From positions 85,621 to 149,620 of the IMG/VR virus record IMGVR_UViG_3300046692_000144: a stretch of DNA of 64,000 bases. The stretch is one strand, 5' to 3'. Below are positions 17,909-26,387 of this stretch, in pieces; within the stretch, counting starts at the first letter, position 1; every line of letters begins with the position of its first letter. Source of the DNA: a virus (Duplodnaviria; Heunggongvirae; Uroviricota; Caudoviricetes). A program made the position numbers and the translations under genes. A model generated the notes under the pieces. It worked only from the letters and a program-made list of their open reading frames with translations, did not search any database and had not been told where the DNA came from.

Positions 17909-18743
17909 GGTCGTTTACAACCCAAGCAATCTCATGCGTTTGTTGCAGTTCCGAATCTTGAAGGAGGTCCTAGAGAAGTACTTCGAGATCCCGGATTACA
18001 TTTACGCTTTCGAACGGGATAAATCTATCCCGGTCATGGCGAAGATGCATGAGGGTAGCTTGCAAGTTGTAAGCCTTGACATCAAGGACTACTTTCCGAG
18101 CATTAAGCAAAACGTTCTGAAAGACTTGATGCAAAGCGTCGGCTTCGGAGAGTCTCCGGCCCGCACCTTGTCGGAGCTTATGACCTTAGGGCCAAATGTT
18201 CCGCAGGGTGGATTGACCAGTCCAAAGATTAGCAACGTGGTTGCCTCTAGGACTTTCGGGCCTGTGGTAAAGAAGTTCTGCGAAGACAGGGGCCTGGCCC
18301 TTACCATCTACGCAGATGACATCACGATTTCTTCGAAGGCAGACTTCAACGCCCAAGAAGCTATCGAGTTCGTGTCTGGGGTTCTCGTCGGCTTTGGCTT
18401 CCGGGTCAATAAGGCTAAGACGAAAGTAATGAAGAAAGGTACTCGACGCAGTCGTTTGTATGTGTGCGGTACCGTTGTGAACGAGAAGGTGAATCTCCTC
18501 CGGAACGAGCGTCTTCGGTTAAGAGCCGTCGTTCACAACAGTGTTAAAAATGGTCTGGAAGCAGAAGCGTCTAAGACCGGTCTCACCGCAAACGAATTCT
18601 TAATGAGAGTTCGTGGCAAGCTCAACTGGTTTGGACAGCTAAACCCTGAAGGGTCTTCGAAACTCATCGAACGATTCCAAGGGGCATGCACGGATTGGGA
18701 AGTGATCAACCGATCAACTCCTTACCAACACCAGCCTGGGTAA
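17781..18743 (+). CDS. Retron-type reverse transcriptase (frame open from 17610; ATG 17781 has a GGAG SD)
   Basis: IPKKGGYR, AFERDKS, SLDIKDYFPSI, VPQGGLTSP, YADD, GFRVN..KT, YVCGTVVN. Confidence 0.9.
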   Translation: MPQSNRELSKLLRVQSSATLTYASKNKSDHYKLLKIPKKGGYRVVYNPSNLMRLLQFRILKEVLEKYFEIPDYIYAFERDKSIPVMAKMHEGSLQVVSLDIKDYFPSIKQNVLKDLMQSVGFGESPARTLSELMTLGPNVPQGGLTSPKISNVVASRTFGPVVKKFCEDRGLALTIYADDITISSKADFNAQEAIEFVSGVLVGFGFRVNKAKTKVMKKGTRRSRLYVCGTVVNEKVNLLRNERLRLRAVVHNSVKNGLEAEASKTGLTANEFLMRVRGKLNWFGQLNPEGSSKLIERFQGACTDWEVINRSTPYQHQPG

Positions 18744-18860
18744 AACGCTGTACAACGCAAACTGTTTGGAATCTGAACATGAACAGTAAGCTATGGGCTT
18801 CTCAAGATTCGATCAAAGAAAACACTGTGCTTCAACACCAATAAAGACTACACCCGTTTT

Positions 18861-18898
18861 GAGGATTCCTCGGCGAAAGCCGGGGGCCTCGTTTTAGC
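18861..18898 (+). terminator. Intrinsic terminator of the RT operon
   Basis: Long GC stem with GAAA loop plus GTTTTAGC. Confidence 0.75.
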
Positions 18899-18918
18899 CC
18901 AGATGAGGTCTCTAAATT

Positions 18919-18925
18919 GGTATAA
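18919..18925 (+). promoter_or_regulatory. Early-type promoter motif GGTATAA
   Basis: Upstream of 18959. Confidence 0.7.
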
Positions 18926-18958
18926 GTATTATGTAATGAAACTAGAGGTTGTACGCTA

Positions 18959-19345
18959 ATGAAAACCGTAATCTGGAATCGTCGCCTGATTGATGGATCA
19001 ATTCAGGAAGTCAGTTTTACAGCACTGTTTTCGGAAGATCACCAGTCTGTAGATACCTACTTAGAAGAAATGGCCAGGAGGGCAGGGGTTATCCGAAGCA
19101 AGGCAACATTCACGGAGGAGATGAGCCGAATTGAGCTTGCGTATGAAATCGATCTAATCTTTGCTAAAGACAGAGACGATATCATTAAGGCCAGTGAATA
19201 CTATACTGCCAAGGCGATGATCTTGGTGGTGCGATACGCCCTCTCGGACGAAAGGGATTCGCAGGAAGTAGCGCAGGAAACATTCAAACACTTCCTTGCC
19301 AAGGTTAAATTCAACCCGTCATCTGATGTTGAGATGGCTGCATGA
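18959..19345 (+). CDS. Hypothetical protein
   Basis: 128 aa with its own promoter motif and terminator. Confidence 0.7.
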   Translation: MKTVIWNRRLIDGSIQEVSFTALFSEDHQSVDTYLEEMARRAGVIRSKATFTEEMSRIELAYEIDLIFAKDRDDIIKASEYYTAKAMILVVRYALSDERDSQEVAQETFKHFLAKVKFNPSSDVEMAA

Positions 19346-19348
19346 ACT

Positions 19349-19370
19349 GAGGGCTTCCGCCCTCTTTTAA
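19349..19370 (+). terminator. Intrinsic terminator
   Basis: GAGGGC-TTCC-GCCCTC-TTTT. Confidence 0.7.
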
Positions 19371-20509
19371 CCTAGCTGAACCCCCGCAGGAGTGATGTGT
19401 ACGAAGTGGCCACCAGAGGCGTCCATGAGGATAGAGTCAACCAGGACCTGTGTAACGGTACTTCCTTTTTTAGTAACTACGCCAGTAGCATTGATCGTCA
19501 CAGAAGAGTCGTTGTTGTAATTCAGAACAATGGTGTCCTTTACTACGCTAACGGTGCAGAAGGTGCCGTTGGTTGTGGTTACGGCCCAAGCAGCGTTGGT
19601 ATTGTTGACTGCACTTGTGCTAGTACCGTCAGTAGTAGTCATTGTCCACGCACCGTTGGTATTGACCATGGTGCTGTAGTGGGAACCGTCTGGAGTTTTA
19701 GTAGTGGTGGTTACGTTCCCGAGGAGGTCAGTCTCTTCGATACGAAGAGTGGCACCGGTACCATCTACAACCATGACTCGTTTTAGAGGCCCGCCTGGGG
19801 TTGCAGAGCCACCGGCTGAACCTAGTTCATAGGTGTCCTTCAGAGCCGCAGCAGTATCCACGTCTCCGTACATTTCTTGGTAACGGAAAATACCTGACCG
19901 AGCTTCTGCTACGGTTCGAGCGTAAGCAGAGTACTTGTATACTGTTCCTTTTACCGAAGCGTATACATCGACGCCCACCTCAGACATAAACTCTAGGTTC
20001 CGACCTACGAGTCGAACACAGTCATCGAACTTACTAATGATGATCTGAGCGAGGACGCTGGCCTTAAGCAGAACCGTGCCTGCACGAAGAACACCCATCA
20101 TGCCACCGCCCTCAGAAGAGAGGATGGTATCTCCTGCCATCATATCTCCGGCCTTACCGGAGTTGTACGAGTCACCAGAGAGTGGGGTGAGCTTGCCGGT
20201 ATCTCCGAAAGAGGAGCCCGTGTCAATTGCCAGAGGCGTAGATGGATCTCGGTCGATTCTAGGAAGGAATCCGTCAATGACGGGATAACCAAGACCGGTA
20301 GATAGCTTTACCCGATCACCCATCTTTGGAGTGAACGAAGATGAAGCCCGGCCACCACCACCAGACGGAGATACCCAGATAACGTTGTCGTAACGTTGAC
20401 CTTGAATGGTTTTAACGGTGCAGCAATACCGCTGAGCATCTACGCTCAGAACTGTGCCTTCGAGGACGTCCCGGGAAACCGGAGTGGTTTGATTGAATAT
20501 GCTACTCAT
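19367..20509 (-). CDS. Baseplate central spike / gpV-VgrG-like protein
   Basis: N-terminal OB-fold-like region (GTVLSVD..RY.CTV...P..GDRV); Thr/Val-rich beta-helix-like C-terminus. Confidence 0.65.
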   Translation of the reverse strand: MSSIFNQTTPVSRDVLEGTVLSVDAQRYCCTVKTIQGQRYDNVIWVSPSGGGGRASSSFTPKMGDRVKLSTGLGYPVIDGFLPRIDRDPSTPLAIDTGSSFGDTGKLTPLSGDSYNSGKAGDMMAGDTILSSEGGGMMGVLRAGTVLLKASVLAQIIISKFDDCVRLVGRNLEFMSEVGVDVYASVKGTVYKYSAYARTVAEARSGIFRYQEMYGDVDTAAALKDTYELGSAGGSATPGGPLKRVMVVDGTGATLRIEETDLLGNVTTTTKTPDGSHYSTMVNTNGAWTMTTTDGTSTSAVNNTNAAWAVTTTNGTFCTVSVVKDTIVLNYNNDSSVTINATGVVTKKGSTVTQVLVDSILMDASGGHFVHITPAGVQLG

Positions 20510-20515
20510 AATCTC

Positions 20516-20521
20516 AGTTTA
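20516..20521 (-). promoter_or_regulatory. Late promoter-like hexamer TAAACT
   Basis: Exactly 6 nt before ATG 20509. Confidence 0.55.
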
Positions 20522-20535
20522 ACGTTGTCCATTCG

Positions 20536-20542
20536 GGTATAA
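20536..20542 (+). promoter_or_regulatory. Early-type promoter motif GGTATAA
   Basis: Precedes two micro-ORFs. Confidence 0.65.
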
Positions 20543-20580
20543 GTAAGGTAGATAAAACTATTACTAACCTAGGAGGAGTC

Positions 20581-20679
20581 ATGAAAGTGTTCTTGATGCT
20601 GGTGAGAGATCTTACCATCGCAGCACTACTGCTCTATGCTCTGTCCCTCACTATCCTATACTTGGTGTTAAAAGTATGA
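20581..20679 (+). CDS. 32 aa hydrophobic peptide (not in track)
   Basis: AGGAGG SD; MKVFLMLVRDLTIAALLLYALSLTILYLVLKV. Confidence 0.65.
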   Translation: MKVFLMLVRDLTIAALLLYALSLTILYLVLKV

Positions 20680-20783
20680 CCCACCTGATTTTCAACTTCG
20701 TTACAGAACATCCCATCAGCATGATCGCTATCGTAGCTGCCTTGATACTTTGGGGGGCGGATATGGTGATAGGCTCTAAGTAG
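20676..20783 (+). CDS. 35 aa hydrophobic peptide (not in track)
   Basis: ATGA overlap with the previous ORF; MTHLIFNFVTEHPISMIAIVAALILWGADMVIGSK. Confidence 0.6.
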   Translation: MTHLIFNFVTEHPISMIAIVAALILWGADMVIGSK

Positions 20784-21630
20784 AAGAACCCGTCGCGTGC
20801 GATATTGCAGCGGCGGTTCTTTTTAGGTGTGCAGAAGTAGGATTACCTAGATACTTATACGCTTCATGCTTAAAGCCGCCTACCGGAACCTTAGACTCTG
20901 CACCATGTTTGAGAGGGTTTGTGATGAAAGTCTTCTTGAGGAAATCTACGGCTTTCTTACCGTACTTGTTTCCTTGAACAGCCTTGCTCCCTGCAAGAGC
21001 TTTTGCACCGTCGAGAATAGCTGCACCAGGTTCAATAGGAGCTACGGACATTGCGCTTAGCAACGGCAGTGCCTGAGTGTGCTTGCCGGGAACAAAGTTA
21101 GATCCTACTGGGACCTTACCATGACCAATGTTCTTAGCAATGTTACTGAGCAACGGATGACTTTTGTCCTTCCACAGTTTTGACAATTCACCTAAGTGCT
21201 TATCGCTAAGGTTTTTGATCGTCGGCAGGTGCTTCTGAAGAACTCCGTGAACCGCCTTAACTACGGGGTCCTCGTGCATATTCAGTTTCTTAAGCGTATC
21301 GAACTTACCTTCTACAGCCATTCGTGCAGCAGCTCGTTGACGTTTGGTAGCACCATGAAGGACTTCACTGAGATGACCGCCAGCCTCATGAGCAGCGGTG
21401 TGAGCCGCAGCCACGTCTGGGGTAATTACCGACGTTGCACTCCTCGCAGCCTTTGCTTTGAAAGATTTGTTTACTACACCGTGGTATCCCTCAGTAAAAG
21501 AGTTGGCGAGGTACTTCGCAACCTTCTTACTCTTGAGAGCTTGGTTGGTAGCGATGTTCTGTGCAAGGTGAGAAATGGCAGTACCAGCCAAGAGGCTAGA
21601 CTGTTTCTCCAGGTAGGGGTTCTTAGTCAT
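20776..21630 (-). CDS. NxYLEK-tagged basic probable internal head protein
   Basis: Starts MTKNPYLEKQSS; rich in Lys, His and Ala. Confidence 0.7.
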   Translation of the reverse strand: MTKNPYLEKQSSLLAGTAISHLAQNIATNQALKSKKVAKYLANSFTEGYHGVVNKSFKAKAARSATSVITPDVAAAHTAAHEAGGHLSEVLHGATKRQRAAARMAVEGKFDTLKKLNMHEDPVVKAVHGVLQKHLPTIKNLSDKHLGELSKLWKDKSHPLLSNIAKNIGHGKVPVGSNFVPGKHTQALPLLSAMSVAPIEPGAAILDGAKALAGSKAVQGNKYGKKAVDFLKKTFITNPLKHGAESKVPVGGFKHEAYKYLGNPTSAHLKRTAAAISHATGSST

Positions 21631-21636
21631 GGATGA

Positions 21637-21642
21637 ATTTTA
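21637..21642 (-). promoter_or_regulatory. Late promoter-like hexamer TAAAAT
   Basis: Exactly 6 nt before ATG 21630. Confidence 0.6.
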
Positions 21643-21646
21643 GCGC

Positions 21647-21796
21647 AAAAGAAAACCCGTACTAGACGGGTTGAAGTGGTTAAGACCTGTTTGTTTCGTG
21701 GCGGAATTCCCTCTGGAAAACCCTAAGACCCCAATTAGGGTCAGACCCCGCCTCTACCTCTCGCGGTAAAGTACGGCAGGAATGTTTCTATTAGAC
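21647..21796 (-). ncRNA. Candidate ~150 nt structured late small RNA
   Basis: Own TAAAAT motif (21803-21808), several stems, own terminator (21647-21672), no plausible ORF. Confidence 0.5.
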
Positions 21797-21810
21797 GGTA
21801 ATATTTTAAC

Positions 21811-21896
21811 AAAAAGAAACCCGCATTGCACGGGCCTTAGGGCACTCACTAGGCTGAAGCTAGGAGGAAGGTGGGTGAAAGCTAGGCTATCACGTT
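21811..21896 (-). ncRNA. Candidate ~86 nt small RNA containing an anti-SD-like CUUCCUCCUA
   Basis: GTTAATAT promoter variant (21903-21908) and terminator 21811-21836. Confidence 0.3.
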
Positions 21897-21930
21897 GAGG
21901 GTATATTAACTCAATATCTGAAAACGGTTT

Positions 21931-21937
21931 GGTATAA
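21931..21937 (+). promoter_or_regulatory. Early-type promoter motif GGTATAA
   Basis: Upstream of the Bro-N gene. Confidence 0.7.
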
Positions 21938-21984
21938 CTAGATTGAGGAAGAACCTCACTACTATTCTCTACGAGACCTTACCA

Positions 21985-22746
21985 ATGAACCAACTTGCTT
22001 TAGCTGTTCAGGCTCCAAACCCGCTCGACATCTTCAACTTCGAAGGTAACGAAGTCCGGACCTCCTTGATAAACGGAGAGCCTTGGTTCGTATGCGCTGA
22101 TGTATGTGCGGCGTTGGATATCGGTAATAATCGAATGGCGATATCTCGACTAGACGAGGAAGACCGGGGCGTAACTACTACTGACACCCCCTCCGGACGG
22201 CAGGAGATGGGGGTAATTAATGAATCAGGTCTTTACTCCCTGATCTTCAAAAGCAGAAAACCAGAAGCTATACGGTTCAAGCGCTGGGTGACTTCTGTTC
22301 TTATCCCTGGAATTCGCAAGAAGGAATTCGTACACGTTTCCGAAGCTCAAGTCCCAGTCAGTGTTCTTACTCAGGTCCTGGCAGCGTTCGAAACCTTGCG
22401 AAGCGACATGGCTGATATCCGTAAGGAGCTTCATGACTCCAGGCCACAAGTACCTGCGATTGCTGCTCCGGTTCTCAGTAAACCTGCTCGTGAACCTGTG
22501 AAAAGCCATCTCTTCTCAACTGCAAAGTTGGCGAACAAGCTAGGGGTTACGGCATCCCGTTTGAACGCAATCTTTGAAGTTCTCGGCTATCACACTCGGG
22601 TAGCCAACCGCTATGCTCCAACCCAGAAAGCTATGAGAATGGCTGAGGTAGTTGGTAAGACCATAGATCGTGGCCAAGGTGCCAGAGACAAGTACCTCTG
22701 GAAAGAAGAGATCATCTCCAAGATTCCAAAGAAATACTACATGTAA
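21985..22746 (+). CDS. Bro-N domain / antirepressor-like DNA-binding protein
   Basis: FNFEGNEVRT..INGEPWFVCADVC..L, INESGLYSLIFKSRKPEA..FKRWV; KilA-C/ANT-like C-terminus. Confidence 0.9.
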   Translation: MNQLALAVQAPNPLDIFNFEGNEVRTSLINGEPWFVCADVCAALDIGNNRMAISRLDEEDRGVTTTDTPSGRQEMGVINESGLYSLIFKSRKPEAIRFKRWVTSVLIPGIRKKEFVHVSEAQVPVSVLTQVLAAFETLRSDMADIRKELHDSRPQVPAIAAPVLSKPAREPVKSHLFSTAKLANKLGVTASRLNAIFEVLGYHTRVANRYAPTQKAMRMAEVVGKTIDRGQGARDKYLWKEEIISKIPKKYYM

Positions 22747-22777
22747 AGTACAACTAGCTCCATTGGAGCGGGTTAAC

Positions 22778-22812
22778 AAAAACCCCAGCCTAGGCCGGGG
22801 TTCTTTTTTAGC
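22778..22812. terminator. Bidirectional intrinsic terminator
   Basis: A-tract, GC stem-loop and T-tract between Bro-N and the tube gene. Confidence 0.8.
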
Positions 22813-22838
22813 TTATGGTACTCAAATCTGAGTACCTT

Positions 22839-23513
22839 TTAAGTAATGCTAACCGGGACAGGTCGGTCATACTGAATCGAAACACCTTCGACGATAACTG
22901 GGGACTGAGCGTTGACCGAGAAGTTGTAGCCTTCGATCATGCAGTATTCCAGGTATACGGCGGTCAGGGTTTTGCCGTAGCCATCAGAGTCACCACCACG
23001 GGTCTTGAACACCAGAAGCAGACCGAAAGGAACTGCGAAGTACTCAGAGTCCAAGTTCATCATGATGCTTGGAGTAGGTGACTCGGCACCGGAAGCTTTC
23101 ATGCCGTCTGTGTTCATCAATGGACGGTAAGCGTTACGGCTCAGAGCGTACAAGATGTTACCGTTGTCAGCCAGCATTCGACCGAACGATATGGAGCTTG
23201 CAGTCTTACCGCGAGTGAAGAACGCACGGTTAGAACCAATCTCGTACAGACGAGCCAGGTTTGCGCTAGCGCCGTATTGGATGCCGTCGGTAAGACCGAT
23301 TGGAACCAAGTCGGAAGTAGAGTTAGACAGGCCGGTATAACGGGCAGGACCTGCGAACATCAAGGTGGTATCTGGGGATGCAGAAAACTGACTGAAACGT
23401 TCGTAACCGTCATCAGCTAGCTTGCTTACATAGTCCCCTTTCCAGTCCCAGCCAGTGCTGAAACCGTAGTCGGCTGTTGAGCCGAGCTGATCGTTTTGCT
23501 TAGTTACAGACAT
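22839..23513 (-). CDS. Tail tube protein
   Basis: 224 aa downstream of the sheath; beta-strand pattern (LYEIGS..., YLEYCMIEGYNFSV). Confidence 0.65.
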   Translation of the reverse strand: MSVTKQNDQLGSTADYGFSTGWDWKGDYVSKLADDGYERFSQFSASPDTTLMFAGPARYTGLSNSTSDLVPIGLTDGIQYGASANLARLYEIGSNRAFFTRGKTASSISFGRMLADNGNILYALSRNAYRPLMNTDGMKASGAESPTPSIMMNLDSEYFAVPFGLLLVFKTRGGDSDGYGKTLTAVYLEYCMIEGYNFSVNAQSPVIVEGVSIQYDRPVPVSIT

Positions 23514-23525
23514 GATCTGAAATCC

Positions 23526-23696
23526 TTAGTGAAGAGAAGCTTTGATTCGTTGGATCAACGGCGTTTTGGCCATTGAGTGAAACCCGAAATTGCGTTTCAT
23601 CGAGCCCGCAGACCGAATGAGACCGGCAGCTCCACCAACCTTAGTAACCGGCAGCTTCAGGATCGAAGCCGCCTTCTCTAGATACCGATTATCCAT
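23526..23696 (-). CDS. 56 aa NxYLEK-tagged basic peptide (not in track)
   Basis: TAATG overlap with the sheath stop; starts MDNRYLEKAAS. Confidence 0.7.
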   Translation of the reverse strand: MDNRYLEKAASILKLPVTKVGGAAGLIRSAGSMKRNFGFHSMAKTPLIQRIKASLH

Positions 23697-26305
23697 TAGA
23701 TGATCAGGTAAAGGTTGGTGTAGTTGTTCGGGTACACGACCGAGATGTTCAGGCGGACATCAATGTTATCTTTGTTGACGGTGCTCTGAGCAATACTGGT
23801 CAGCTTGTAGTCAACCAACGGAGGCCCGATCTTCGGCAGTTTCTTAGACTTCAGCAGTTCAGCAGAAGCGGTAATGGTCTGACGAATGTTGTTCAGGGTA
23901 TCGGTGGTGATGTTCCAGCTACCAATGAACGGCTTCAACTTATCGTAGAAGTAGTAGCTCAGGAAGTCCCAGTTCTTCACTACGAGGAATTCACGATATT
24001 CCAGTACGGAGATATCAGTGGTCATCGCGTGGCGAACATACGGGGTTCCGCCTTGTACGTCTTGAACGATCAAGAAGGTACCAGTCTCAGCCATACGGTC
24101 CATCTGAGAGCGGGTGAAGTAGAAGTTACTACGCTTCAGATCGGTGATACCGGCTAGGCCGATGTTGGTGAAGCCTTGCTGAACTGCGAAACCAGCGGTC
24201 ATACCGGCAACGGCACAAGCCAGGTAGTAGCCAGGCAGGTACTGAGTAACACCGCCGATGCTAACACCACAAGTATCCGGCTGGATGTTGATAACACGCT
24301 TGTCGTTGAACTGAGCGGAAGTCTCTGCTACCCATTCTGCCTTCTGAGTTTTGGTCAGAGTGCGGGAAGCCCAGTAAGTGATACCGGTAGCTGCCTGAGT
24401 TGCATCTACTACTACTTGCTGGTTGCTGACTACCTGCTGAACAACGTAGGTATTGATAGCGCCAGAAGGAGTCGCAGCAGTAACGTTGATGATGTCACCT
24501 GGAACCATGCCGTCGCTCAGGAAAGCTGCGTTGGCTGCGTGCAGAACAAACTTACCAGCGATGTTATCGATGGTGATGCCTGCTGCGGAGTTCTGGAAAT
24601 CAACAGAGTACTGACCGATGGACTGTGCATCTGGAGTCTTAACGTTTATCAGGGCCACACGCCACGAAGCTTTCTCAGGAACCGACAGTTGGTCGCAGTG
24701 AGTTTTTAGAGCGTTGATGATTGCGATGTCTTGGGTCAGTGGAACCAGTGCGTATAGACGCATGTTCTCTGCCAGCTCAAGAGCAACTTGGTAACCGATC
24801 AGGTCGTTCGACGGAACGGAGATGCAGCGAACCGAGGTAGCAGTGTTGGCTAGAGCCAGTTGCACGCCAAGGGACAGCGGGTTAGTGACGGTAGGGGCAC
24901 CAAGTACGCCTTCCAGGTCATTAACGTCTGCGATTTCCATTACAGTGCCAGCCAGGTCAGTACGCAGAGCACGGTAGCCAACGTGTACTTCAGCCGAGAT
25001 GATTGGGCCGTATACCAGTTCAGGAGCAGCATTGATAGTGAACTGAGAGAAAGTGCCGATATCATCAGTAGCGTAGTTGGTGCCGGTGGTCAGGGGCTTG
25101 TTCAGAGGAAGCAGTTGATCGCTGTAACCCTTCTGGACAAACACAGTAGCGGTATTCAAGGAGTAAACCTGAACGCCTGCTTGGGTTGCCGGAATGGAAT
25201 CTGCCAGAGTGAACACCGAGCCTGCGATACCAACGATGGAGCTGTAGATATCGAAGCCAGTACCTACGACACGGACCTTTCCATTAACGCTGAAGCCGGT
25301 TGGGCTTGCAACAGTAATGGCAGCAGTGCTAACTACGGTAGAAGCAGTAGTCTTTGCACTCAGATCGGTAGGCAGAGCGTCAGTCAGCGACAGGTTAGTG
25401 ATACCACCAGCCGAAGTAGTTACGCTTTGTACCAGAGTAGTGAAGATCGAGGAGACAGCCGAAGTGTTGGTGTAAGCAACTTTCAGGGTATCGCCAGGCT
25501 CAGCAACGTAGGTATTGGTCAGTGGGTTGACCGACAGCGGGTTGTTCTTGGTTACGGCAGCGCTCGCAACGGTGGTAACGATTGGGGTGGCGATGGTGAT
25601 CACCGAACCGACAATGTTAACGATCTTCGAAACGAGGTTCACGCCAGAAGCGCCTGCGCCTGCAACGGTAATACGATCACCGATTACAAAGCCGGTAGCA
25701 CTTGCAACAGTAACAGTCGAAGCGGCAGCAGTGGCAGCGCCAGTGGTAGCAGCAGCGGTTACGGTCAGTACGTTACCTTGGTTGTGACCCGACGCCTGAG
25801 TAGTCATGGTATTAACCAGGACGTTGTTCAGGTAGACCTTGGTTTCTGGAGCAACAACTACCATGCCTGGTTTAACGCCTGGCAGAGAGTAAGTGTTAGG
25901 GACAGAAGCGTTCACCAAGAGGCCTTTCTTGGACAGTGGCGAACTGGTAACTGCGGTAACAACTGCGGTGTCGATAGTAACTACGTTACCTACGACAGAA
26001 ACTACGGTAGCGGCCAGCGGTCCAGCGGATGCAGCAGCACCTTCCAGAATCACGCTGTCACCAGCGAAGAAACCAGAGATGGAAGCAACGGTAATATCTT
26101 TACTACCTACGATTGCGGTACCCGTAGTAGTGGTTGACGATTTGGCCGAGGTGAGAACCAAGGCGTCAGTCGATCCAGCTACGTAAGTGACTTCGGTGTA
26201 GCAAGGGCCAATGATGCACGCGTGCAGATCCGGGGTCGAATTGAGTACGCCACCGCTGTTCTCCAGTTGTTGGTATACTAAAACGGAGGGGGTTACGTAA
26301 GCCAT
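23696..26305 (-). CDS. Contractile tail sheath protein
   Basis: MAYVTPSVLVYQQ N-terminus; C-terminal YVRHAMTTD..NWDF..PFIG..NIT; Thr/Val-rich insertion domains. Confidence 0.8.
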   Translation of the reverse strand: MAYVTPSVLVYQQLENSGGVLNSTPDLHACIIGPCYTEVTYVAGSTDALVLTSAKSSTTTTGTAIVGSKDITVASISGFFAGDSVILEGAAASAGPLAATVVSVVGNVVTIDTAVVTAVTSSPLSKKGLLVNASVPNTYSLPGVKPGMVVVAPETKVYLNNVLVNTMTTQASGHNQGNVLTVTAAATTGAATAAASTVTVASATGFVIGDRITVAGAGASGVNLVSKIVNIVGSVITIATPIVTTVASAAVTKNNPLSVNPLTNTYVAEPGDTLKVAYTNTSAVSSIFTTLVQSVTTSAGGITNLSLTDALPTDLSAKTTASTVVSTAAITVASPTGFSVNGKVRVVGTGFDIYSSIVGIAGSVFTLADSIPATQAGVQVYSLNTATVFVQKGYSDQLLPLNKPLTTGTNYATDDIGTFSQFTINAAPELVYGPIISAEVHVGYRALRTDLAGTVMEIADVNDLEGVLGAPTVTNPLSLGVQLALANTATSVRCISVPSNDLIGYQVALELAENMRLYALVPLTQDIAIINALKTHCDQLSVPEKASWRVALINVKTPDAQSIGQYSVDFQNSAAGITIDNIAGKFVLHAANAAFLSDGMVPGDIINVTAATPSGAINTYVVQQVVSNQQVVVDATQAATGITYWASRTLTKTQKAEWVAETSAQFNDKRVINIQPDTCGVSIGGVTQYLPGYYLACAVAGMTAGFAVQQGFTNIGLAGITDLKRSNFYFTRSQMDRMAETGTFLIVQDVQGGTPYVRHAMTTDISVLEYREFLVVKNWDFLSYYFYDKLKPFIGSWNITTDTLNNIRQTITASAELLKSKKLPKIGPPLVDYKLTSIAQSTVNKDNIDVRLNISVVYPNNYTNLYLII

Positions 26306-26387
26306 CAGGCTAAGACTCCTTGGGGGTTAACTATAGACCTGCGTTTGGCAAGCCCTTGATGAATTTCTGAATCTATTTTAGCTAGGA

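Noticed and set aside
18686-18844. 52 aa ORF overlapping the RT 3' end
   Set aside because: Poorly spaced SD and no recognisable features; treated as non-coding trailer.
17468-18864. Gapped complementarity between 17468-17495 and ~18820-18864 as retron a1/a2 arms
   Set aside because: Needs several gaps and spans the whole RT gene; compatible with chance until covariation is shown.
24860-26137. 425 aa plus-strand ORF
   Set aside because: Shadow of the sheath gene arising from codon bias.
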